64,000 nucleotides of DNA from the human T2T-CHM13v2.0 reference genome, Homo sapiens. A program made the translations under genes and the position numbers. The DNA lies in assembly GCF_009914755.1 (NCBI RefSeq), contig NC_060937.1; one strand, written 5' to 3'. Below are positions 24,961 through 36,924 of this stretch, piece by piece. Position 1 is the first letter of the stretch, and each line of letters starts with the position of its first letter. The notes below the pieces were generated by a model that worked only from the letters and a program-made list of their open reading frames with translations, had not been told where the DNA came from and did not search any database.

Positions 24961-25682
24961 CAGCCAGCAGGGGGGCCTTGGCTTTCCATCAAGATTTTTT
25001 CCCAGGAGGATATTATCTCACGTGAACAAAACTCAGGAGGAGTCAGAATAGGCTCCGGAAGAACTCTGTGCTCTCTGACTTTTTAAAACCTTACAGAAAC
25101 AGCAGCCCACCCCAGGCTCCTGGTGCTGTGAAGGCTGATTCCGATTCCCAGGAGGTGGGCAGTGTCTCCTGGCGTCTGTTTCTGCCCCTGCTAATAGGGC
25201 TGGATGCAGAGCTTTTCTGACCTGAGGGAAGATCAGGGAACCCACTACTAATTCACTCAGGTGCCAGCGACCCAGGATCTTATCCATAAAGACTCTAGAG
25301 TGCTGAAGCAGCTCCCAAGAACCCGGAAAATGCAAAATAAATTTCTCCTCCCTAAAAATAAAAAGTAATTCAGAAGACAGGCACTTTTAATATCAACATG
25401 AAAACAAAGCACCAGTTAATAAAAATATAAATCTTACATTAAATCACCACTCTTAGTTGAATTTGAGGAGTGTGGTAGCAGACTTGCTGAAAATATTTCT
25501 TCCCTCCTAATTTTTTGATACCTTTTCCAATTTATCCCAGATCTCATCTCTTCCACACAGCCTGCTCCGTCCTTTCTCAAGAGTGAAATGATGGCTCTCC
25601 TTCATCTCCACCTTTCACAGTCTCTCTGCCCTGCCCACTAGGGGAAGAGTGCCTGGGCACTACAAGAATTTAGTACCAATTG

Positions 25683-26470
25683 CCCTTCCTTCCTTCCTTC
25701 CTTCCTTCCTCTTTCCCTTCCTCTTTCCCTTCCTCTTTCCCTTCCTCTTTCCCTTCCTCTTTCCCTTCCTCTTTCCCTTCCTTTTTTCCTTCCTTTCTTC
25801 TTTCCTTCTTCCTTCCTTCTTTCCTTTCTCCCTCCCTCTCTCCCCTCCTTCACTGCCTTCCTTTCTCTCTTCATTCCTTCCTCCTCCCCCCTCCTTCCCC
25901 TCTTCCTTCCTTCCTTCCTTCCCTTCTTCCCTTCCTTCCTTCCTCTCTCCCTCCCTCTTTCCCTTCCTTCTTTCTTCCTTTCTCCCTCCCTCCCTCTCTC
26001 CCCTCCTTCCCTGCCTTCCTCTCTCTCTTCATTTCTTCCTCCTCTCTCCTCCCTTCCTTCCTTCCCTTCTTCCCTTCCTTCCTTCCTCTCTCCCTCCCTC
26101 TTTCCTTTGCTTCTTTTTTCCTTCCTTTCTTCCTTCCTTCTTTCCTTTCTCCCTCCCTCCCTCTCCCCTCATTCCCTGGCTTCCTTTCTCTTTATTCCTT
26201 CCTCCTCCCTCACCTCCCTTCCTCCCTTCCTTCCTTTTTTCCTTCCTCCCTCCCTCCCTCCATCCCTTCCTTCTTTCCCTCTTTCCTTCCTCCCTCCCTC
26301 TTTCCCTACCTTCCTTCCTTCTTTCTTTACTTTTCTTCCCTCCTTTCTTTCTTCCTTCCTTGTCTCCCTCTCTCCCTCTCTTCCCTGCCTTCCTCTCTCT
26401 CTTCATTCCTTCCTCCTCCCTCCCTTACGCCCTCTCTCCCTCCCTCCCTCCCTCCTCCCTGCTCCTGCCT
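25683..26470. repeat. ~790-bp polypyrimidine/polypurine low-complexity tract
   Basis: Almost only C/T on the + strand: (CCTT)n, (CTTCCTCTTTCC)n and larger internal duplications. Confidence 0.97.
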
Positions 26471-26478
26471 CCTCAGCA

Positions 26479-27107
26479 CCCTGTTTCCCGGTTCCCTGGT
26501 CCCCTGGTTCCCTGGGTCCCTGTTTTCCTGGTTCCCTGTTTTCCTGGTTCCCTGGTTTCCTGGTTCCCTGGTTCCCTGGGTCCCCTGGTTTCCTGGTTCC
26601 CCTGGTTCCCCTGGTTCCCTGGTGCCCTGGTTCCCTGGTTCCCTGGTGCCCTGGTTTCCTGGTTCCCCTGGTTCTCTGGTTCCCTGATACCCTGGTGCCC
26701 TGGTTCTCTGGTGCCCTGGTTCCCTGTTGCCCTGGTTTCCTGGTTCCCCTAGTTCTCTGGTTCCCTGGTTTCCTGTTTCACTGTTTCCTGGTTCCCTGGT
26801 TCCCTGGTTTCCTGGTTCCCCTGGTTCCCTGTTTCCCTGGTGCCCTGGTTCCCTGGTTCCCTGGTTCCCTGGTTCCCTGGTTTCCTGGTTCCCCTGGTTC
26901 TCTGGTTCCCTGATACCCTGGTGCCCTTGTTCTCTGGTGCCCTGGTTCCCTGTTGCCCTGGTTTCCTGGTTCCCCTAGTTCTCTGGTTCCCTGGTTTCCT
27001 GTTTCACTGTTTCCTGGTTCCCTGGTTTCCTGGTTCCCTGGTTCCCTGGTTCCCTGGTTCCCTGGTTCTCTGGTCCCCTGGTTCCCTGGTGCCCTGGTTC
27101 CTGTTCC
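26479..27107. repeat. (CCTGGTTC)n 8-bp degenerate satellite with a ~226-bp higher-order duplication
   Basis: Rare variant 'ctgatacc' occurs at ~26684 and ~26910, with matching flanking variants. Confidence 0.95.
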
Positions 27108-27373
27108 CACGGCTGCCGCATCTATTATGCCCGCGCCCCTCCTGTTCCATGAAGGTAATGGGTGCTCCTCCTCTCTTGATCTTTCTTTGCTCTTCTCTTC
27201 CAAAAAAAGTGGGGGGTGCATATTAAACAAACACTCATCACAGTCTTCATTATTTTGGCAAGGAAAACAAATGGAAATCAAGTCATCTTTTTCCTGTCAG
27301 GGTGCTGATGAAGGAAACGTCAATAAACCGAACAACGTACTGTGTGACTGCCTGGCTTGAGATCTTCGAGTAC

Positions 27374-27400
27374 AATAAAATAAAATAAAATAAAATAAAA
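27374..27400. repeat. (TAAAA)n microsatellite
   Basis: aataaaataaaataaaataaaataaaa. Confidence 0.9.
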
Positions 27401-28122
27401 TCCTAACAGGGAGAAGAGTTTCATCATGTTCTGTTTCAAACTCCAGGCTACACTTTCTTGATGCTACCCAGTCCTCACCTGACTAACACGAGCTGAATAA
27501 GAATGGACATTGGCATGCTCAGGATCTAGAGGCAAGATCCCAGCAGCCCGATGCCCTCAGCCCCAGCCCCAGCCCCAGCCCCAACTCCCTCATGTCATGC
27601 AGCCACACACAGCCCCACACAGCCCCACCGCCTTGACTACAGGCATGGTCAAGGCACGAATGGTTGATCTCAAATATCTCCAGGCATTGTTACTCACCGA
27701 GAGAGCTTGGACACTCACGTGCAAAGTCAGAGACAGAGAGAAAGACAAAGGGGTAGGGGGAGATGCTTTTGAAAGAGCATTCAAGGATGTTCTGAGGAAG
27801 ACATCCAAGCATGCAAGTGGCCTGTTAGCTCTGATGTGACCTATACACTTGCTTCAGCAGGAATCCACACAGGTCCAAGCATCAAGTGACCTGTTAGCCC
27901 TACTGTGAACTAGTACACTTGTTTTACCAGAAGTCACACAGGATCCTTAAAGCATCCTCATTCTTTCTCTGTACAGGTTCTGGATGGAGGTCTCATGAGG
28001 GATTCGGGCAGAGGCTGATGAAAACATAAAACAGGCCAGTCTCCAGATTCAAGGGAGAGCTGGAGACAGCATTCATAGCTTGACCAGGCAGCTTTGACCA
28101 GGTGGGACAAAGGAAGCCCAGA

Positions 28123-28499
28123 TGTCCCAGTCTATTCATGTTTCTATCACAAAATGCCTTTGAATTAGTAATTTATAAACAATAGAAATTTATTTCTTAT
28201 CGTTCTGGAGGCCGGAAAGTCCACGATGAAGACACCAGCTGGTTCCCAGCCGGTGGGTGAGGACCCAGCCTCTGCTTCCAAGATGGCACCTCTGGGCTGC
28301 ATCCTCACGTAGGGAGGGGGTGGGAGAAGAAAAGGGGCTGGGCATGCCCTTCAGCCTCCATTATAAGGCACGGATCCTGTTCACGAGGGAGGAGCCCGCA
28401 TCACTCAGCCTCCTCTCAGAAGGCCCCACCTGTTAACATCACACGGGGCTTAGGTTTCACTGTACGTATTTGAGAGGCACCTACATTCAGACTATAGCA
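28123..28499 (-). mobile_element. MaLR solo LTR, MSTD/MLT1A-like
   Basis: 'taatttataaacaatagaaatttatttctt...gttctggaggccggaaagtcc...ctctgcttccaagatggcacc...acattcagactatagca'. Confidence 0.85.
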
Positions 28500-28867
28500 C
28501 AGGCCAGCCCCCCACTGCTTCCCATACTGCCAGAGGCTGGGGCAGCTCCCCGGCCACCATGTTCCGCCAGCAGGATGGCTCCTGTCAGCCAGGTGTGCGG
28601 GACCTGGGCACACTGGCAAGAAGCAGGGAGGGCAGCCCAGACCCAGCCGCCCCATGGCTGCTCCGGGAGACTGTGTCCCTGTTGGAGACTGTGATAGATC
28701 CACGATCCGTCCCAGCCATTGCTCCATCTGTCTTGTCCATCAACCCCTCTGCCAGTATCATATGGTAAATAGTACCATGAATACTACAGTTCCAGGCACC
28801 CAGGTCACATCAGAGAACTGACGAGTTAGAGTTTAACGACACAGTTTGTAGCTGGGGGGGCTGCTTC

Positions 28868-29473
28868 AGAGCTGATGACTGGGTGGCATTGCTGCCTGGA
28901 GCTGGTGACTGGGTGGCATTGCTGCCTGGAGCTGGTGACTGGGTGACATTGCTGTCTGGAGCTGGTGACTGGGTGGCATTGCTGTCTGGAGCTGGTGACT
29001 GGGTGGCATTGCTGCCTGGAGCTGATGACTGGGTGGCATTGCTGCCTGGAGCTGGTGACTGGGTGGCATTGCTGTCTGGAGCTGGTGACTAGGGTGGCAT
29101 TGCTGCCTGGAGCTGGTGACTGGGTGGCATTGCTGTCTGGAGCTGGTGACTGGGTGGCATTGCTGTCTGGAGCTGGTGACTGGGTGGCATTGCTGTCTGG
29201 AGCTGGTGACTGGGTGGCATTGCTGTCTGGAGCTGGTGACTAGGGTGGCATTGCTGTCTGGAGCTGGTGACTAGGGTGGCATTGCTGCCTGGAGCTGGTG
29301 ACTAGGGTGGCATTGCTGTCTGGAGCTGGTGACTAGGGTGGCATTGCTGTCTGGAGCTGGTGACTAGGGTGGCATTGCTGTCTGGAGCTGGTGACTAGGG
29401 TGGCATTGCTGTCTGGAGCTGGTGACTAGGGTGGCATTGCTGTCTGCAGCTGGTGACTGGGCGGCATTGCTGC
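28868..29473. repeat. 30/31-bp VNTR x~20
   Basis: Unit GGAGCTGGTGACT(A)GGGTGGCATTGCTG(T/C)CT. Confidence 0.97.
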
Positions 29474-29559
29474 TTGGTTGTTGTCAAGCCTCCCCAAGGT
29501 CTAAGGTCACCAGCAGGAATGCCCCGGAAGGAGAGGGCATAACTGTAGTTCTAGGAGTC

Positions 29560-29690
29560 TGAGGCCGTTTAACCTTTTCTCCATCATTTAGCAGCTTAGA
29601 AATTCATGTCATTCCCCATCTAGGCCTCAATTTCTCTACCTGTAAAATGGGATGTTTGACCCGAATTCCCTTTACCTGTGAAATCCTAGG
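29560..29690 (+). mobile_element. MIR-family fragment
   Basis: 'ggcctcaatttctctacctgtaaaatgggat'. Confidence 0.55.
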
Positions 29691-30929
29691 ACCTCATCAT
29701 GTCACTTTCATGCAGCAGAGGCAGCGACCACTGGAGAGGGACACTAAGGACTGCTCCTGGATCTTGTTTAAACACAAGGAGCTGGGTTTCGAAGACTCCA
29801 CGAGGGACTTTAGGACCCTACGTTACTTATCGACATAAAAAGAGGAGAAGATAAAGCCTCACAATTCTTCCTCCCACTTCCTCAGGTGGCCAATGCTGCT
29901 TTTATTGTGGAATGGGTTTGCCACAAAGCCTCAGGCTGATAGATAAGACTCGGGTCTCTGAAAAATGACAGCTTGACATCAAACCAACAAAATCAATTTC
30001 CAAATTGATTAAAACCATTCTCAAATAAAACTCCGCTGGCTTTTTCGAATCCCATTGTAAAAGGTCATCTGGGAAGTAAGCACCATATTTGTTTTAAGTT
30101 AGCAGAAGCCCGCAGCGCACTTGAGGCCCTACAGTTTCGGGGCCAGGCTGGGCTGACTGGGCCCACACACGCCTCCGCCCTCACCACAGCCGCCAGCTCC
30201 AGGGTGCCCACCAGAGCCAGGGCGGGAAGCCACCTCCAGGCTGGCCCTTCGTCTTCGCTCTTTGAAAACCTTTGGGTGAGGTGTGTCTCTTGGATCAAAT
30301 AAACAATCAACAATTGGCTGCTGTCATTAAGGGAGAGGGTTAGTGCTGAGGGAGACATATCCTGGGGGCATTTTGTGTGATTATGGGGTGATTTATGATT
30401 CATAGAGATCAAGCGATAAACGTACTGAAATGCCAAGAAAGAAAATTGGAGAGAAAAATTGCTACAAATGTTATTCTTATTTTTTAAGGAGATTTATTTT
30501 ATTTGCAAGATTTGTAATTGATGCAAAGCCTGTAAATGCAGGTGCCCCACTGTCAAATCCTCTCCCTTCCAGACCCTTCGTAAAGGCGTGACCTGCTTCA
30601 AGAAACGCGATATTTGAAAAAATGAAATCTACACATCGAGACACATTAAGAGTGACTGTTCGCATGACAAAAGGGTTTGCCACTTTACAAAAGATTCATC
30701 CCAGTGTTTCTTAAAGAACCATACAACTGTGATGTATTTTAAATGTCTTTCAATTAAAAGAATTGACTCATGCTCAATTTTGCTTCAACATTATTTCAAC
30801 TTTATTTCACCTTAAATATCATACAATAAAAACTTATTGTACTGATTTTTATCCCGGGGGAATGTGTCTTCCCCTAGGTTTGATGGAGGAGTCTGGCTCT
30901 GAAGGTTGCACAGCAGAAAACCAGCTCTC

Positions 30930-31050
30930 ATTCTATTCTGCCATTAACTGGTAGCAGTGAGCACGGTCCCTTGGGCCTCAGTTTCCCCATCTGTAAAACA
31001 GGGACAAGCTACTTGCCCACTAAGCCTATGTTTCAAAATGATCACGGGTT
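30930..31050 (+). mobile_element. MIR fragment
   Basis: 'gggcctcagtttccccatctgtaaaacagggacaagctac'. Confidence 0.6.
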
Positions 31051-33502
31051 TAAAAACACAGAAAACAAAGGCGCCCAGTGCTTACCAACATGAGGTGTTA
31101 ATATTCTGTCCCCTGGCCACATCTTAAACAGCCCACCAACCCAGGATGGCTGCTGGACCAGTCCCGGGCAGCGTTATTAAGCGCCTCCAGCTACCTTCAG
31201 GCTGTTTCCCTCCTTGTCCATTTCCGACTTCAAGGTCTTCATGCCGGGTCCCGTTTCATCCTCCCTCTGAAACGAGGTTAACAGGAAAGGATCCAGTGCC
31301 TGTCCGTTCACCTCATGCCACCCAATGTCCATTGATGCCAGGACACCAGGTACTGAGCTCTTCCCACAGCCTGCCCAGGCTTCCACTGGCAATCGGGTCC
31401 CACTGTGCAGATGAACAAACAAATCCCCCATCTCAGGGACTGCCCACAGTCACACAGCCGGGAACACACAAGGGGCCTTTAAAGTTAGTCTCCTCTGCTG
31501 ACTCCCGTGCTCTGCCCGCAAGTGAAAGGGCTTCTCCACCATCACCGCACCGAGGGGGAAACAGAGGCCATCCCGGGGCAGTTGGCCACCCCACAGCCTG
31601 TGTGCACATTGGAAGCTGGGCCTGTCATTTGTTTGGGCCCACGAGAGGGACACGGGGCAAGGGAGATGATCTCCCCACTGGAGACCTGTGGCATCATTCA
31701 GGCCCTTCTCTGCCCTCTCAGCCAAGGCAGGGTGGCACCAAGTTCTTCACCTCTGAGGGGTGAACTGGCACAGACACCTCTGCAAGCCAGAGCCCTTCCT
31801 CCCAGGTCTGCAGTGGCCAGCACCCCTCTCATTTGGTGGTTGGGTCACAAATGTTCTTCCTAAGAATCTCTGCCACCAATGAAGTGTCCCGGACAGCCGC
31901 CGTGAAAGAGACCCAGGGCAGGCTTCTGGGGAGGGGCTGCCCCAAAGGGACCATGAGTCCCTGAGGGTCTTGGTGGATGAGCTCAGCTGCAGATGCCAGG
32001 CCAGGGGAGCGTGAGCCAGTGCTCAGGAGCTCTGGATGCTTCTAAGAAGGGGCGTCTGTGCAGAGATGCGTTTCTTTGCGTCGGCATGAAGGGGAAAGGG
32101 CAAGCGGAGACCACCGTGGTGTGCCATGCTCCAGTGTCCAGAGGACCGTCACATTGCTCAAATCCGCAGCCAGGTGGCACCTCCGCAAGCTGGGCGTGTG
32201 ATGCGGTGGCGTCTTAGTGACAGTTGGCTTGGCTCCTGGAGGGGACACTGAAGGGTGAAGTGGGGGCTTGTCCAGATTGCTGCCCCTCGCCCACCCAGCA
32301 CGTCCATCTCCATTCCCCCATCCCACCTGGCACAGGGAAAGCTGAGCTGCTGGAAACACACTGTCCTCAAAGCTCCCTGGCCTCAGCAGCATTAGCCTGG
32401 GTCTCGGGCGGTCCTCGAGACTCTGAACTGCGAAGGGACGCAGAGGCAGGGCTTCCACTCACAGGCTGGCTGTCCACTGGCCGCCACTCACACGGGACAC
32501 GCGGACCACAGGGGTGCCTTTGATCTTCACTCCGCAGCTCCCACATCTGAGTCCTGGGCACTCACCCCTAAAAATCCTCCTCTCTAAGCAACCAGCGAGG
32601 ATTCCATGGATGACAAAGGGGTGGGGCGGTGTGGAGAAGGTACCACCTCCCACAGCCTCCACTGCAGGCGGGAGCTTTGCTGCAGCACAAAGGACCCGAG
32701 GGGCCTGCCCTGCTGGAGCCGGGCCCACCTGACCCCAAGGACCCCGTGGCAGAGCCGGGTGTGGGGGTCGCCATTCATCCTAGAGCTTCCGTCCCAAATA
32801 TCTCTGCTCAACTTTTTCCTTAGCTTCCCTGCTGACCAAGCATCCCTAACACATGCCTGTGTATCCACACCAAAAAGCCCACTGTGTGCCTAATGTCGCT
32901 TCACGAAGGCTGTGGGGCCTTCCAGAAGAAATGGAAGTAGCTATGCAGGCTGAGCAGGAGTGGGCTCCCATGGAAGGGATCGCAGAGAGGCCTCTGGGAA
33001 CGGAATGGGTGAAGATCCACGCACTTGAGAGAAATCACTGCCAGCAGGAAGAGCAAGTGGGTCCCTCCTGCTGGCCTCCTTGTCCAGTCCTTTCTGCCAA
33101 GAAGACAGGAAGCACAATGCTTGTCCTCTGTCGTTTTATCAGCAGTGTCCCCAACGTGAGGACGTAGCAGGCAGAAAACAGGGGCTTTGTGCAGTGAAGT
33201 CCTGAGGCTCAGGGGAGCCGCGATGTACTGGGGAAGTGCCTGCCAGGGCTGTGCAGCTGCTCTGAAAACTCAGCAAATTCGGAGTCAGTGATGGACAAAC
33301 GCCCCCGTGAGCAACAGAGCTGTCAGGCCCTGAGCACACTTTCCTTAGGGGACCATGCCCCCGGGCAGCACCCACGAGCTGCTGAACACACCACACCAAA
33401 GACTGGGATTCCGCACAGCCCCGCGGGGCATGCCAAGGGCAAGTCCAAATCTACGTGTGAGTGAGGGGACCTCCACCCTGCCCTGGGTTAAACTAACAGC
33501 TA

Positions 33503-33875
33503 AAACACACACAAACACAGACACATGTACATAAGCACACGCACACATATGCACATGCATACATGCACACAAGCACATGTACATATATACAAACACACAT
33601 GTGTGCCCATACATACAACATGCATGTGCATGCATAACACAAGCACACACACATACACATGTGCACACACATATATGCACAAGCACAAACACGCATGCAT
33701 GCAATCACATGTGCCCCATAAGGCAACATATATGTGCATGCACAACACACACACACACATAAGTGCACACCTGCATATGCACAGCACACACATGGGCATG
33801 CACTAGTGCACACATACACATGCATGCACAAATGGGCACACATGTGTGCACACACAAACACACATGAACACACTA
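33503..33875. repeat. Degenerate (CA)/(CATG)-rich alternating purine-pyrimidine tract
   Basis: cacacatatgcacatgcatacatgcacac... Confidence 0.9.
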
Positions 33876-36800
33876 TGCCCTGTGGCTTCCTTTTACAAAT
33901 GTTGCTGCACTGGGAGACCACCTTCTTCAACTTCCTTTAAAACACCACCCAGAAATACTGAGAAAATCCCCCTCACAGAAGGTGATGGCCCTATTGATTA
34001 AAATAAAATTCGATGGAATTATTTTGGAGACATGTCCTTCATCAGTTAAAACGTGTGTTAAATTCATTTGATGGTTTCAGAACAGACATTAGGAGTCGCT
34101 GGGGAAGCCCTGTTACAAATGAAATCTCTCAAAAGCCACATGTGGCTCCTTCCCTGTGTACTGCTCTTCCTCCTGTCGACACGGCACACGCACACACACA
34201 ACTAACACACGCACACACGTGCACGCTGTCAGATGTTGCAGTGCGCACTCCATTTCCACATTCGTGCTTTGTAAGGTCTTCCTTTCTGCTTGGCTGTGGC
34301 GAGGCTCAGATGCGCAGCTGGCCTCCAAGCTGTGGGTGAGCTGTCCAAAGCCCCGTGCCCTCCAGGAGCTGGAGCTGCCGTTTTGCATCATTTTTTTCTG
34401 TTTCCACCGGTTCTTCCTCTCTCCTTCTCTAACCACACAATGTGTAAATACCCCCGGACCGTGCATTGCCTGTTTATTATGCTGCCTCTGAAACACAGAT
34501 CCCATTATGTGGGGAGAAATGAAAGGAGAACCTGCACGGATCTATTTTTAGCAGGTGGTTGGAATACTATGAATTTTAGGGTGTTTTGCCTCCCTGCCGC
34601 TCCTTAGCCCCTTCAATCTTGTCAGCTGTAAAATGGGTCTCTGTTTAACCCCTCATGGATCCTCATGGAGATGAAAGGTGCGCTCATGAATTACTGGTGC
34701 TGACAGCCCAGCAAGGCCTCGCCGCAGGGGGTCCCCTTTGTTCCGTCCACTCTGACCTCCCGCGCCCTGTCTGTCTGTGGGAACCGGACCAGAAGAATGT
34801 GGGGAGGAGTCAGGAGCACAGAAGCGGCAGGCCCGCTCCTGGCCAGGGAGAGCTGCCATTCTTCTGCTGCAAATATTCTGACCTCATCTGGGGCACACCT
34901 CCACCCTGATGCGATCCATCGGTGACCTCCTTTGTGCTTTGCAAACCGAGACAATAGGTTCTGCTCCAGAATCGTCCACACAAGGGCAGGAAGGGTGCTT
35001 TTCCTGAGCGCAGAAGTGTGTTTCATTTTCTTGTGTGTGTGGGAAGAAAGTGGCTATGCGCTGAACCCTGCTCTGAGGAGGGGAAATCAGAGCTGGAAGT
35101 CCGGCGGGAAGCAAGTCTTCACAATGCACAAAGATCATTTCAGGTTAAAGCCAAATCATAGTTGAGAAGTGACCTGTTGTTTCAAAGGAATGAGGCACCA
35201 AGCCTTCCAGCGGGAGTAGAGATTCGTTCAGCAGTCGCATCTGATTTGCAATAAAGAAAGTTCAAGGAAGTATTAAAAGCCATGAATGAACCATCTGTCC
35301 AACCTGAGAAAGTGCACCCGCAGAGGGAAGAGGGTCTCTCTCATCCTCTAAGCACCTTGAGGCCGCCCTCACCATCCCCCGAGGAAGTGCCGGAACACAC
35401 AAGCTCATCAAGTTTCCTAGAATAATGAAAAGCGTTTCCGAAAATAACCTGAGGAAAACAACATTTGGTAACACTGAAGTTTGGAAAAGAGAAACTGCAA
35501 CACAGTGTGAATTTATTTCGTGAAGTTTCTACTTCATAAGAACACATGTTTTAAGTTCAAATAACTAATTCGTGTGTTTGTGTTCATTTATTTGGAATAC
35601 TAATTTAAAAAAATCCTTGTCAAGGCAGAACAGTACCAATGACAATCCCCAAATTAATAAATAAATAGGAGCTTCAGATGATTTAATACAGAGCTTTCAG
35701 ACAACAAAAGGTCACTCTCTGTTGTGAGAGCAAAATGTCCTTTTCTCCCCTTAAAATAAAAAGGTGTTTTAAAAAATTAACTATAAGTCACTTTACTTTA
35801 AAAATAAGAATGCAGCCATGGCCCTGGGTTCCTCAGGAGAATAATCATGTCCCCCGTGTCTGTGGGACAGATAATGGGTGATCGACATGCACTCTGCACC
35901 AGGAGTGGTTAGAAGATCCGCCGAGCTTCCTTACTGAAAGTGGCTGCTGCGGGCAAGTTCTGTTTCCGCCGAGCACTCTTTGTGTTGCCAATAAACAGCA
36001 TAATTCTAGTCTGCTTACAGGTACAATTTAGAGAGAAATTGAGTGACGAAAGGCGAGGTGATTTCTTCCAGATGCCTGCTGGCGGAGCAGGACGCACCTG
36101 ACAGATTCCCGGTTCACACTTTTATTTTGTATGAGAAAAAAAGCAGGTTTTAATAAAATTTCTGTGTGTAAATAGTTTTAAAACTAAAACCACTATTCCC
36201 ACCCATAGTCTATGTTCTTGTTCCAAACGCTCTTCTGCTACAATGGCAGTTTTGAAGGCTTTGTTCTATTACTTATAATTTGTCACAAAAAGCACAAGGC
36301 AGTGAGCTTAGTTTTGCGTAGGAGAAAGGCAATTATCTCGCATATTTTCCGGAAAACCTCTAAAATAATCTTTAAAAGTTTATGCCTTGTTTTATGAAAC
36401 TTAAAATACAGAGTACAGGAGTGTATTATTCTCTAACAAAACTCATTTTTGGAAGGTTTTGCAAATATATCATCATGAACAGTTTTCCTTTTTAAAAAAA
36501 GATTCAGGAATTGTATTCATCCACATTAAATTTTCTTGTACTTCTTCAAACTCAGGAGAAGTTGCAAACATTATTTTTTTTATCAATGCTACTTCTATTG
36601 CAGGAGGTAATTTCTTAGGTTTACTGTTAAAGAGACTAGAAATACTGAATGAAACCGAAAAATGCACCCTTAACATTTTGCTACTGAAGCTTCTTGTTGG
36701 TTTTTTTTACTGGTTGTCTTTCTCAACATAATCTCAGAATTTCAGTGTTCAGAGCTGCTATCTATACACGGGAAAACAAGTTTTAAAATTCAGGGACAGA

Positions 36801-36879
36801 GAAAAATAGAAAAATAAAGATAAACAATAGAATTAGACAAACTAGACGTTTCTTTCATTGATGATGCAGGTTTTCTTCC

Positions 36880-36924
36880 TTTTTTATTTTTTATTTTTTT
36901 ATTATACTTTAAGTTCTAGGGTAC
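36880..36924 (-). mobile_element. Minimal L1PA 3' terminus (24 bp plus poly-A)
   Basis: Reverse complement GTACCCTAGAACTTAAAGTATAAT followed by an A-rich tail is the primate L1PA 3' end. Confidence 0.85.

Noticed and set aside
26156-26168. PRDM9 13-mer match CCTCCCTCTCCCC
   Set aside because: A degenerate motif expected by chance in a C/T tract.
25649-26913. 367/335/268 aa Pro-Ser-Phe-Leu-rich ORFs
   Set aside because: Low-complexity A-poor DNA can hardly encode stop codons. No domain or splice evidence.
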